Assembly: GCA_002269645.1 (NCBI GenBank)
Contig: NIVC01000734.1
Coordinates: forward strand, 62,001 to 126,000
Reading direction: 5' to 3'
Origin: Macrostomum lignano
Taxonomy: Eukaryota
DNA length: 64,000 nucleotides
Position 1 is the first letter of the stretch. The number at the start of each line of letters is the position of its first letter. The notes under the pieces were generated by a model that did not search any database, had not been told where the DNA came from, and worked only from the letters and a program-made list of their open reading frames with translations. Shown here one piece after another: positions 24,261 to 43,786 of this stretch. A program made the translations under genes and the position numbers.

Positions 24261-25296
24261 CAGTAGGAATACCAAGCCATTTTTTCCGCCCGTCGAACTA
24301 CCTGACAATTTTTTTTGCTGCGCCGGAACGGAGCAACGCAGGCACACGAAATTCAAGAATCGTGTGTCCGGCAGAAGTCCAGCAGTTGAGGTTTGCCCAT
24401 TTTTGAAGCTTGATAAGAAAAACCTGACATATTTGCAACAGGATGTCCATAGTCACCTGGTGTAATCTGTTAAAGTTGCCGACGGCGTCGGGGTGATGAC
24501 TGAAGGCTCGAGAGACTAGCTGAGAATGTCCGGCAGTTGAGGTTTGCCCATCATTGAAGCTTGATAAGAAAAATCTGACATAGTTTCAACATGATCTTCA
24601 TAGTAACCTGGTGCCACCTGTTGAAGGTGCCGACGGCGTCGGGGTGATGGCTGAATGCTTGACTGACTAGCTGAGGATGTCCAGCAGTTGATTTTTGCCC
24701 ACTGTCGAGGCTTGATCAGCGAAACTAGAGAAATCAGCATCAGGCTGTCCATAGTCACCTGGTGTAATCTGTTGAAGGAGCCGACGGCGTCGGAATGATG
24801 ACGGAATGCTTGAGAGACTAGCTGAGAATGTCTGACGGTTGATTCTTGCCCACTGTCGAGGCTTGATCGGCGAAACTAGAGAAATCCGCATCAGGGTGTC
24901 CATAGTCACCTGGTGCCACAGCTGTTGAGGGTCCAGAAGCTCCACCTGGGTGAAGGCTAGTGACCAACGAAGTCAGAACTGATGCAGACACATGTGGTCG
25001 ACGTGCTGATGAAATTTGGAGACTTGGCAAGGCTGCACTGAGGCGCAGTGCTGATTGGCGCACAGGGGTGTACTGAATACACTAGCGCTTATGGGAAAAA
25101 TCCGACCTTCTGGCAGAATCGTCGAATATCTCGACGGTCCGGAGGGCTGGCGACTTGATTCTTGTTTGAGAAGGTGCGCAACAAAAAGTTAGCCCGTGTT
25201 CTTGAATTTCGTGTGCCTGCGTTGCTCCGTTCCGGCCCAGCAAAAAAAATTGTCAGGGGGGGGGAAATTCCCCCCCCCCTCTTGGTAGTTCTACTG
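24261..25296. mobile_element. Non-autonomous TIR DNA transposon containing a 151-bp tandem repeat
   Basis: CAGTAG...CTACTG termini flanked by TTAA (or ACAGTAG...CTACTGT flanked by TA). About 58-bp subterminal inverted repeat 24301-24359 / 25199-25257. Four internal 151-bp units start at 24377, 24528, 24679 and 24830. Confidence 0.75.
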
Positions 25297-25684
25297 TTAA
25301 CTAACAAAACTATCTGACGAACTACCTATCTAACACAAGACAGACTAACTATTCTGTTACAAGTTTTCAGGGAAGAATAAGTTCAACAAATTTCTAGCTA
25401 AATTAACTGTGCACCTGCCTCTTTCATGATGCGCTTGCAGCATCTTTACCAAACAAACCAAGCATACATTGCAAAACTCTCACCCTTGACAATGCGTGAG
25501 AAGCATTCCAGGTGGTAATCAACTTTGCAATTGTCTTCATATGTCTAGTGTTCCCATGCGGAACTCACTGAGCACGGTTTTCCTGTCGCAAAAAAAGAGG
25601 TGGGACTGTGAACAGGTGTGTATTGAGCATAGCAACGGGAAAACACAACCAAATGTAGCCCCGGAGGGTAGGCCCTGAGCTCAT

Positions 25685-25720
<36 letters not shown>

Positions 25721-25833
25721 GAATTAAGTGGAAATATAATTTCTCTACGCTTGTATAAGTGCCGTCAAAATTTGTTTGGCAAGAAGAGCTCCCGCACGAC
25801 GAGTGTAATACGGCAGAATCAGACCAAGGAAAC

Positions 25834-28800
25834 ATGAAGAATGTCTGCGTATTTATCATTCTGATAGGTAAAGCATACATATCACTTTTCTTTGCTACTG
25901 ACAATTGAAAATTGTAGTCAAAACTTTTTTCTCGGCAAAATTACGTTTTGAAAGCTAAATTTTATCTAAATTTTCACACCAAAAAGAGCGTCATTTTAAT
26001 TATGGTTGGTTGGTTACAGAATAGTTGCGTGTTCTTACAGAATAGTTGCGTGTTCTTACAGAATAGTTGCGTGTTCTTACAGAATAGTTGCGTGTTCTTA
26101 CAGAATAGTTGCGTGTTCTTACAGAATAGTTGCTTGTTCTTACAGAATAGTTGCGTGTTCTTACAGAATAGTTGCGTGTTCTTACAGAATAGTTGCGTGT
26201 TCTTACAGAATAGTTGCGTGTTCTTACAGAATAGTTGCGTTTTCTTACAGAATAGTTGCGTGTTCTTACAGAATAGTTGCGTGTTCTTACAGAATAGTTG
26301 CTTGTTCTTACAGGATAGTTGCGTGTTCTTACAGAATAGTTGCTTGTTCTTACAGAATAGTTGCGTGTTCTTACAGAATAGTTGCGTGTTCTTACAGAAA
26401 AGTTGCGTGTTCTTACAGAATAGTTGCGTGTTCTTACAGAATAGTTGCGTGTTCTTACAGAATAGTTGCGTGTTCTTACAGAATAGTTGCTTGTTCTTAC
26501 AGAATAGTTGCGTGTTCTTACAGAATAGTTGCGTGTTCTTACAGAATAGTTGCGTGTTCTTACAGAATAGTTGCGTGTTCTTACAGAATAGTTGCGTGTT
26601 CTTACAGAATAGTTGCGTGTTCTTACAGAATAGTTGCGTGTTCTTACAGAATAGTTGCTTGTTCTTACAGGATAGTTGCGTGTTCTTACAGAATAGTTGC
26701 TTGTTCTTACAGAATAGTTGCGTGTTCTTACAGAATAGTTGCGTGTTCTTACAGAATAGTTGCGTGTTCTTACAGAATAGTTGCGTGTTCTTACAGAATA
26801 GTTGCGTGTTCTTACAGAATAGTTGCTTGTTCTTACAGGATAGTTGCGTGTTCTTACAGAATAGTTGCGTGTTCTTACAGAATAGTTGCTTGTTCTTACA
26901 GGATAGTTGCGTGTTCTTACAGAATAGTTGCTTGTTCTTACAGGATAGTTGCGTGTTCTTACAGAATAGTTGCTTGTTCTTACAGAATAGTTGCGTGTTC
27001 TTACAGAATAGTTGCGTGTTCTTACAGAATAGTTGCGTGTTCTTACAGAATAGTTGCGTGTTCTTACAGAATAGTTGCGTGTTCTTACAGAATAGTTGCG
27101 TGTTCTTACAGAATAGTTGCGTGTTCTTACAGAATAGTTGCGTGTTCTTACAGAATAGTTGCTTGTTCTTACAGGATAGTTGCTTGTTCTTACAGAATAG
27201 TTGCTTGTTCTTACAGAATAGTTGCAATTTTTCTTACAGAATAGCTGCTTGTTCTTACAGAATAGTTGTAATTGTTCTTACAGAATAGTTGTAATTTTTC
27301 TTACAGAATAGTTGCTTCTTATTACAGAAAAGTTGCCTGTTCTTACAGAATAGTTGTTTGTTCTTACAGAATAGTTGCAATTGTTCTTACAGAATTAGTT
27401 GCCTGTTCTTACAAAATTAGTTGCCTGTTCTTACAGAAAAGTTGCGTGTTTTTACAGAATAGTTGCTTGTTCTTACAGAATAGTTGGGCGTGTTCTTACA
27501 GAATAGTTGCTTCTTCTTACAGAATAGTTGCCTGTTCTTACAGAATAGTTGCTTCTAATTACAGAATAATTGCGTGTTTTGAAAAATAATTCTAAATGTC
27601 TACCACCTTTTTTCAGAGTTTTACCAGCTTAAAAATAAATATTGAATCTCACCCCCTCTCTCTTCTTCATAGCCGTATGCGTTCACCAGGTATCAAGCAA
27701 CTCCGCCAGCTACATCAGTGATGAGGCTGGCATAGTCTTGGACCTAGCAACCAGCAGCAATATTACCAACGACACCAACACTCGAAACGAAGTTGAATGC
27801 ATGGTGCGCTGCCGTCTGCAGGCCTGCGCTGCCGCCACATTTGTGAAGAGAGTGAGCACCTGCCAACTTCTGGTTATCTACGACGCGAACCTGCAAAATC
27901 CTGGACTAATGTCTACTCACGTTGCCAGGGTGATGCAGCCAGAGGCTGGAGATCAGTTCTGGAAGATGAAGGATTTCGACAGCCATGTGATTAGCAGGAA
28001 AATTAACAATTTTACTACTGTGTTTAAAAGTGAGTTGGTCTTGTTTTGGTTTTTTGGATCTCTATATTTCAATGTGCACTCTCTGCGCCTTGGGGTTGGC
28101 CTTCATGGCTGTTGGATCGCTAAACACCCTACCGTCAAATTTTAGTGCGCACACAAACCCCAAAAAATGTGACAGCGAACAGAACCGAACCAGAAGTCGT
28201 GGTGCGAGGGTCAGACGGGTTTATCGCTGAGTTGCTCCTTGATTCATGGCCTTTATCTGCCATCGATCGCCATACATTTATTAAAACGCTCAAAATTTCG
28301 ATATGCATAAACATAAAAAGCTTTGGGATTTCCTAGACCAGGGCTCGGCAAACTTTTTCAACTTAAGGGCCAGATTAGAGAACCTAGAGCATGAGTGCGG
28401 GCCGGAGGAAGGAGAGAGGAGAGAGAATAGAGAAAGGAGACCACAGGAGACTAGGGAAATGAGAAAACAAGAGAGAAGAGAGACGAGCAAATAGAGAGAT
28501 GAAGAGAGAGGAGAGTAGAGAGGAGAGGAGAGAGAGGAGAGAGGAGAGAAGAAAGAGGAGAGAGGAGAGGAGAGGAGATAGAGGGGAGAGTAGAGAGGAG
28601 AGGAGAGGAGAGAGGCGAGAGGAGAGAGGAGAGAGAGAGAGAGGAGAGAGGAGAGAAGAAAGAGGAGAGAGGAGAGGAGAGGAGATAGAGGGGAGAGTAG
28701 AGAGGAGAGGAGAGAAGATAGAGGGGAGAGGAGAGAGGAGAGGACAGAGAGGAGAGAGGAGAGAGGAGAGATGAGAGGAGAGAGAGGAGAAGGGAGGAGA

Positions 28801-31648
28801 TAGAGGAGAGGAGAGGAGATAGAGGGGAGAGGAGAGATGAGAGAGGAGAGAGGAGAGGAGAGAGAGAAGAGAGGAGATAGAGGGGAGAGGAGAGAGGAGA
28901 GGAGAGAGAGGAGAAGGGAGGAGATAGAGGAGAGGAGAGGAGATAGAGGGGAGAGGAGATAGGAGAGGAGAGAGAGGAAAGAAAAGAGAGGAGAGGGGAG
29001 AGGAGATAGAGGAGAGAGGAGAGAGGAGAGAAGAGAGAGGAGAAGGGAGGAGATAGAAGAGAGGAGAGAGAAGAGGAGATAAAGGAGAGGAGAGGAAGGA
29101 AGAGAAGAAAGGAAAGGAGAGAGGAGATTAGAGAGAAGAGCGCTGAGAAGAGATATAAACATTGAGTGGGGTGGATTGTTATTGTAAAGTTGCAAAGGAC
29201 CCGTGGACCCGATATAGAGGCTCTTGCGAGAGGCATGTGGCCGGCCGATTTGAGTTAGCCGACATTCAGAAGTCACTGCTTCTTAATCAGTGTAACACGA
29301 TAAAAAACCCACTTCCAGACTCGAGCACGGGAAGCGTTGGCTCAATCCGAAACTGGACCATCGGAGTAACCGGCTGCTACCTGATTGAAGGCCTGGGTGC
29401 CGGAGGCGGCGGCTACGAGCTCGACAAATCCCATAGCAGAGGCGCCAAAATCTCCGGATTGTTCAACTTCTCAATGGGCAGTCAGCTGAGGATTGTTGTC
29501 GGCCAGTTGGGACGCAATGGGAGCAACAGGGCCGGAGCTGGTGGCGGCGGCGGCAGCTTCGTGTACGGTGCTGAGGACAACAAGCTGTACTTGGCGGCTG
29601 GTGGCGGCGGCGGGGCTTCGTCTTGGTATAAAGGTTGGTACGAAGAGTTTATGATGCAGATAGCTTAAGTTGTTTGAGGTGGCGGAAATGAAAAGCAGCA
29701 GAAATCGTTGAAGAGTTGAAATTAAGTTTTTTTAGTTGGAAAGTTAGAAAGCCGAAATCATGTAGAAGTTGAAATCACTTTGAAAATAAAATTTCTCTTT
29801 TGCCCTGCAGCTACAATTGTTGCTTGGGTTACATTGTTGTTGAGGTTGTCACATTTGCTGTTGAGGTTGTGGCATTGTTGTTGAGGTTGTCACATTTGTT
29901 GTTGAGGTTGTGGCATTGTTGTTAAGGTTGTGGAATTGTTGTTAAGGTTGTGGCATTGTTGTTGAGGTTGTCGCATTGTTGCTGAGGTTGTGGCATTGTT
30001 GTTGAGGTTGTGGCATTGTTGTTGAGGTTGTGGCATTGTTGTTGAGGTTGTGGCATTGTTGTTGAGGTTGTGGCATTGTTGTTGAGGTTGTGGCATTGTT
30101 GTTGAGGTTGTCGCATTGTTGTTGAGGTTGTGGCATTGTTGTTGAGGTTGTGGCATTGTTGTTGAGGTTGTCACATTTGTTGTTGAGGTTGTGGCATTGT
30201 TGTTAAGGTTGTGGAATTGTTGTTAAGGTTGTGGCATTGTTGTTGAGGTTGTCGCATTGTTGCTGAGGTTGTGGCATTGTTGTTGAGGTTGTGGCATTGT
30301 TGTTGAGGTTGTGGCATTGTTGTTGAGGTTGTGGCATTGTTGTTGAGGTTGTGGCATTGTTGTTGAGGTTGTGGCATTGTTGTTGAGGTTGTCGCATTGT
30401 TGTTGAGGTTGTGGCATTGTTGTTGAGGTTGTGGCATTGTTGTTGAGGTTGTGGCATTGTTGTTGAGGTTGTGGCATTGTTGTTAAGGTTGTGGAATTGT
30501 TGTTAAGGTTGTGGCATTGTTGTTGAGGTTGTCGCATTGTTGTTGAGGTTGTGGCATTGTTGTTGAGGTTGTGGCATTGTTGTTGAGGTTGTGGCATTGT
30601 TGTTGAGGTTGTGGCATTGTTGTTAAGGTTGTGGAATTGTTGTTAAGGTTGTGGCATTGTTGTTGAGGTTGTCGCATTGTTGTTGAGGTTGTGGCATTGT
30701 TGTTGAGGTTGTGGCATTGTTGTTGAGGTTGTGGCATTGTTGTTGAGGTTGTGGCATTGTTGTTGAGGTTGTGGCATTGTTGTTGAGGTTGTGGCATTGT
30801 TGTTTAGGTTGTGGCATTGTTGTTGAGGCTGTACGTAGAATTGTTATTGGGGGTAGCATTGATGTTGGGGGAGGGGGTAGTATTGTCGTTTGGGAGAGGG
30901 GATGCATTGTTGTTGGGGGTAGCCATTATTTTTTTAGCTTTCTTTCGGGGCTTCAGAGCTTCAAGTTTACAGATATTGTTGCCTTCTTGATGAAAACTAC
31001 ACTTCTGGCTTCTAAAGACAGTTTAGAGTGAAGTTTAAACATTCTAATTAAAAGCTCCAAAACAGGTGCCTGGATCACTGGTGACACTCTGATTAGTAGG
31101 GGTTGTAGCCCCAGTGGTTAAAGCGCTAGACTCACGACTGAAAGGTTTGAAAAACGCTTGAAAACTCAGGAAGAGACGGGTCAGCTCAGGTCAACGGCTC
31201 CGATTCGCGCCACAACCCGACCTACGCGAACCGCACCGGTTTCGGGGGCACCAACGGCCAGCCGGGCTTCAACGACCCCGCTCTGGCGACATCTGGACAC
31301 CACGGCGGCTGCGGCGCCGGCTGGCTGGGCAAAGCTGTCAACCCGAGGCGAGGCACCAACGACGGCCAAAGAGGCGGCGGTCTGGCCGACGGCTGGCTGG
31401 GCGGAGCTTCGACCGGCAGCGGCGGCAGCGGCGGATTCGGTGGCGGAGGCGGCGGCGGCGACACTTGGGGCGCCGGCGGAGGTGCCGGCGGCTACAGCGG
31501 AGGCGGAGCCGGCATGCACCACAGCCATAGCGGAGGCGGCGGCGGCTCCTTCTGCGGCGGCGTCGGTTGCACTGGCGTCTCCGGCAGCAACGCGGACCAC
31601 GGCCGAGTCACCGTCAGGCTGGTGGCATTCGGCGACACCTGCCAGTAG
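25834..31648 (+). CDS. Secreted PAN/apple-like plus ALK/LTK-type glycine-rich domain protein; join(25834..25867,27673..28029,28146..28201,29291..29633,31170..31648), about 422 aa
   Basis: Splicing gives signal peptide MKNVCVFIILIAVCVHQVSS; ECMVRCRLQACAAATF..CQL (PAN-like); NWTIGVTGCYLIEGLGAGGG, AGGGGGSFVY..LYLAAGGGGG and GGFGGGGG..GGYSGG..GGGSF (glycine-rich domain). All junctions are phase-consistent; exon 3/4 boundaries are least certain. Confidence 0.75.
26013..27580. repeat. 21-bp minisatellite (CTTACAGAATAGTTGCGTGTT) in intron 1 of the glycine-rich gene
   Basis: About 74 highly homogeneous units. Confidence 0.97.
28338..29268. repeat. GA-rich low-complexity tract, possibly within a hAT-like MITE, in intron 3
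   Basis: Purine tract 28405-29150; left end CAGGGCTCGGCAAAC resembles hAT/Charlie MITE termini; right end is degenerate. Confidence 0.6.
29826..30830. repeat. 20-bp minisatellite (GTTGTGGCATTGTTGTTGAG) in intron 4
   Basis: About 50 units. Confidence 0.95.
31099..31147 (+). other. Truncated tRNA-derived (SINE-head-like) fragment
   Basis: GGGGTTGTAGCCCCAGTGGTTAAAGCGCTAGACTCACGACTGAAAGG: A-box/D-arm-like and anticodon-arm-like, with no intact T-arm. Confidence 0.35.
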
Positions 31649-31785
31649 GCTGGCTGTTTTGACGGAGTCGTATAGAGCTTACGCTCGAATATCCTCAAAC
31701 ATCCTGTTAGTTGGTCGCTGATCTGTGCAGCAGTAACAGATACATTTGAGAGTTTGAGACGCTTTGTAATCTTTTGTCTGTTTTG

Positions 31786-32385
31786 TATCCCTGTCTCTTG
31801 GTGGGTGCCCCTGTCTCTTGGTGGGTGCCCCTGTCTCTTGGTGGGTGCCCCTGTCTCTTGGTGGGTGCCCCTGTCTCTTAGTGGACGCCCCTGTCTCTTG
31901 GTGGGCGTCCCTGTCTCTTGGTGGGTGCCCCTGTCTCTTGGTGGGCGCCCCTGTCTCTTGGTGGGTGCCCCTGTCTCTTAGTGGGCGCCCCTGTCTCTTG
32001 GTGGGCGTCCCTGTCTCTTAATGGGAACCCCTGTCTCTTGGTTGGCGCCCCTGTTTTTTAATTGGAGACCCTGTCTCTTGGAGGGCGCCCTTTTCTTTGA
32101 ATGGGCGCCCCCGTCTCCTAATGGGCGCCCCTGTCTCTTGGTGGGCGCCGCCTGTCTCTTAATGGGTTCTCTTGGTGGGCGTCCCTGTTTTTTTAATGGG
32201 AGCCCGGCCTGTCTCTTATAGGGCGCGTCTATCTCTTGGTGGGCGCCCCTGTCTCTTGGTGAGCACCCTTGTCTCTTGGTGAGCGCCCCTGTCTCTAATG
32301 GGCGCCCTTGTCTCTTGGTGGGCGCCCCCGTCTCTTGGTTGGCGCCCTTGTCTCTAAATGGCCGCCCCTGTCTCTTTGCAGGCGC
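31786..32385. repeat. 20-bp minisatellite (GGGCGCCCCTGTCTCTTGGT), array 2
   Basis: About 30 units just downstream of the glycine-rich gene. Confidence 0.93.
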
Positions 32386-32643
32386 CTTTTTTGTAGTGAA
32401 CATCGACTTGTTTAATGTAAAAACTAAAATCCTGTCTTTTTAATTTTTCAAAATTTATTCTGTTTCATTCGTTTAATTTTTGCCTCCAAAAGACAAAAAC
32501 AAAACTTTATTTATATATCCTCCCTTAGGCCTTAGGCTTTATGGCCTGGCCATAGACTACAGAAGAGTATTTCTTTGAAAATTTAGTCTATGGTAGAAAG
32601 CCCCACACCCTTATCTATACCGTGGGCACTGCCTTCATTGATA

Positions 32644-33328
32644 TCGCTTTTGACGCTCTAGATAAGACTTTAGACATTCAAAATAAGACTGCATAGGATC
32701 GCAAGCAAGGCCAGGCTAGCCACGGCCAGAGCATGCCCAGTCTTGGCTGCAGGAATGGCTTGGCCATAGACTAAAAATGGAATATCAAAATGAGAATAAG
32801 ACGCTCAATATGAGAATGAGTGTGAAAGCCTTCAGATATCGCTCTAACCCTCTGACCTTCAGCCAGCTCTCCTTCTTCACCCCTTGGGTTGCATCTGACC
32901 CCTTGGATTTCACTGTGATGGCACCATCGATTCCTGCAGCAGACCGTCAGCGTCTGATCGACGCAGTAAACAATGGATCAACCATCCTGGCTGCCGCTCA
33001 AATTCTCAAGATCAAGAGAGCGTCCGCCTTTAGGATCGCTGCGGAGTTCCGCCTCCATGGCAAAGTTGAATCCCTACCTCGTGGCGGTCGGAGAGAAGAA
33101 AATTGCAAGGCTGACAACGACTGCCAAAAAGCAAATAAATTACGTTCACTCCCGGTCTCATATTGAGCGTCTTATTCTCATTTTGATATTCCATTTTTTA
33201 GTCTATGGCCAAGCCATTCCTGCAGCCAAGACTGGGCATGCTCTGGCCGTGGCTAGCCTGGCCTTGCTTGCGATCCTATGCAGTCTTATTTTGAATGTCT
33301 AAAGTCTTATCTAGAGCGTCAAAAGCGA
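32644..33328 (+). mobile_element. Internally deleted Tc1/mariner (IS630-like) element
   Basis: Near-perfect 172/173-bp TIRs (32644-32815, 33156-33328) with TA on both flanks. Internal MAPSIPAADRQRLIDAVNNGSTILAAAQILKIKRASAFRIAAEFRLHGKVESLPRGG is a transposase N-terminal HTH; no DDE domain. Confidence 0.85.
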
Positions 33329-33934
33329 TACTGCAAATAAAGAGACAACTTAAAAAACACGCAGTTCAATTTAGAATTTATATCAGCCAAAAGAGAACAA
33401 AACTGCGACTATACTACTGCCAGCGATATTAGTATATAACGTTTATTGGTTTATTTTTTTATCAATCAGAAAATTATAGAAAAGAGATGGCAAATTAGTT
33501 TTGAAACTGATTTTTCTGAATAACAAAAGCGAACCGGTAGATTAATCAAGATTAATAAACATATTAATTATTATAGGCAAAAATTAGACGAACAGTTGGC
33601 CCAACAACAATAGAAACCACAGGAAATTAGTTAACTGTTTTGCTGAATAAAAAGCAATCTGAATTGAAAACAAGAGCCAACAAATAACGCACTGTTATTT
33701 CCACCGAGTTACAAGACTTGGAAAACTTGAATAACCATTTCATTATCATTTTGTGCGCTCATTTCTTAGTAATAAATATAAAGCAACTAAAAATTTTGAC
33801 AAAAAAGACACACAAAAGTTTAACAATCAATACTAATTAGCATATTATAACTATATGTTAGGTTTACTGTCAATTGTTAGGATTCTGTTGAATAAATAAA
33901 ACAAGTGATCATCAAATCGTGATTGTTTGTTTTT

Positions 33935-41597
<7,663 letters not shown>

Positions 41598-41727
41598 TTA
41601 GAAACTAAGAATCATCATTACGTCTTAGGGGGAAGCAGATCAGAGGTAAAAAATGTGGATTTTTTCAAGTTTCTGAAACCGAATCCGAATATCCAATTGT
41701 GTTTCAAATGCAAGAAAAAAGTAAAAA

Positions 41728-41790
41728 GGTAAACGGCGGGAGTAACTATAACTTTTTATAAAGTAAAAAATGCCTCGTCATCTAATTAGT
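41728..41790 (+). other. Diverged 28S rRNA fragment (H69-H71), second copy
   Basis: GGTAAACGGCGGGAGTAACTATAACTTTTTATAAAGTAAAAAATGCCTCGTCATCTAATTAGT; 63-nt ungapped match with exact flanks and a mutated centre. Confidence 0.85.
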
Positions 41791-42070
41791 AGTATACTCT
41801 AGTCTACTAGTCTACTCTTCAAGTGAAATTCAAGTGAAATTCAAGTGAATTCTAGCAATTACAGTTTGAAGAGTAAATAAGTTTGAATTAGACTTAATTC
41901 TTATATAACTAATATAGCTAATTCTAATTACTAATACTACCATAACTAATGTTATATTTGTGCAATTTGAGAACTTTATTGTACATCAGTGCATTTGCAT
42001 TTAAAAAAACCAACAAATGATTACACTTGAGCAACGATTGCCAAAAATGTTTCTGCGACTTTAGGTTTAA

Positions 42071-43786
42071 CTAGCAATCAGCCCCCCCCCCCATTGGGGA
42101 GCCAAAAAATGCAGTACAAGTTTTTTTAATAAACTACATGTAAGCGTCTCTTTGCATTATACCTCAGCAACCCCTTGTAAGCCTTGACATGTCAGCAAAT
42201 CCCCCCCACAAGCCTTAGCATATCAACTCCCCCCTTGACATCTCAGCTATTCTCCCCATAAGCCTTGACATGTTAGCGATGCCCCCCATAAACCTTGATA
42301 TCTGAAAAATCCCCTGTTAACCTTGAAACCTGCTAAAATCTAACCCTCAACCCAAAACTAACCTAAACCTAACTTTAACCCAATGTAAAGCCTTGAAATC
42401 TCAGCAATTCTTCTCCCCTAAGCCTTGACATTTAGTGATTCCTTTTTTAAGCATCATAGCACTATACCAATTCCCTCCAAGCCTTGACATCATAGCAATT
42501 CCCAAAAATTTTTTTTAACTTCAATATGACTCTTCTTTTACGTATACATAGTGCTTCTTTTCTTTTTTACATGACTCTTCTTCTATCAGTCCCCCCCCCC
42601 ATTACAAGCCAACAAAGAATGCAATAAAAAAATTGAGTAAACTACATGTACTTTGAAGTAGCTTCCCTCCCCCCATAATCTTAGTTTTCTCCGTAAGCCT
42701 TGACATCTCAGTAATTCTTCCCAGCACAGCACAATAGCTTCATTTACTTTTTATATGACACTTCTTTCATGTCTGATATGACACTTATTTTGATTTTTAC
42801 ATGACACTTCTTTTATTCTTCTATGATGCTTCTATGATTTCTCAAATGACACTTTCATTGGTTTTTATATGAGACTTCTATGATCTTTTGATGACGCTTC
42901 TAAGATTTTTTATATGACGCTTCTATGATTGTTTACATGATGCTTCTATGATTTTTTACATGATGCTTCTATGATTTTTACATGATTTTTTCATGACGCT
43001 TCTATGATTGCTTACATGATGCTTCTATGATTTTTTCATGACCCTTCTGTGATTTTTTACATGACGCTTCTATGATTGTTTACATGACACTTCTATAATT
43101 TTTACATGATGCTTCTATGATTTTTTCACAAAGCTTCTATGATTGTTTACATGATGCTTCTATGATTTTTTACATGACGCCTTTAGTCCTTTTTTATTCC
43201 TTTAATAAAAGCTTTTAATAAAAAATTTTCACTTCTAAAATTCGAACCCTGCATTAGCAGTCCAGTCTGTTCAGATCTAGGCTAGATCTTATCAAATTTA
43301 TAAATGAAATTGTAGCACTTATATAATTCAACACTCACTCACGAAACAGTTATGACATAATCAATTTTTCAGTCAAGTCAGTATCAGTCTCAATTAAAGT
43401 TGACAATATGGTTACACAATCTAAATCAAGTCTGGTGCTATACTTCCACACTGCATTTTCAATACTGCAACGCAATTCAAGTTGGAGTTATATTTCCATT
43501 ATGATGCAATCTATTTCAGAATTAGAATTCAACAAGTCAATTTTCTCTAGCATTCTTACAATGCATTTCAATTCGAAAAGTTTGCTTGACCTTTGCAAAA
43601 AAGCATGTTTTTTGAATATTTAATCCCTTTAGCATTTAGCAATTTTTTAACCAAGATACATGTACTATCCCGGGAAAATTTCTGATTGAACAGTGCAAGT
43701 CTCATGAAAATTGGTTAAGCAATTTTTGCTAAAATCAATTGCACACAAACATACAAGCAAGATTTTCATTTTTAGTATATAGGAGA
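42071..43786 (-). mobile_element. Non-autonomous Helitron, family A copy 3 (complete, more diverged)
   Basis: 3' CTAG at 42071-42074 with a CCCC-ATT-GGGG hairpin. 5' region 43180-43786 is homologous to copies 1 and 2. Internal repeats: AAGCCTTGACAT-based (42180-42720) and about 23-bp ACATGATGCTTCTATGATTTTTT (42760-43180). Confidence 0.75.

Noticed and set aside
24516-25063. Repetitive minus-strand ORFs in the MITE as a captured gene
   Set aside because: Repeat period is 151 bp, so the frame shifts every unit.
25948-27589. 400+ aa ORFs (LQNSCVF)n and (SYRIVAC)n
   Set aside because: 21-bp tandem array lying inside a phase-consistent intron; open in several frames on both strands.
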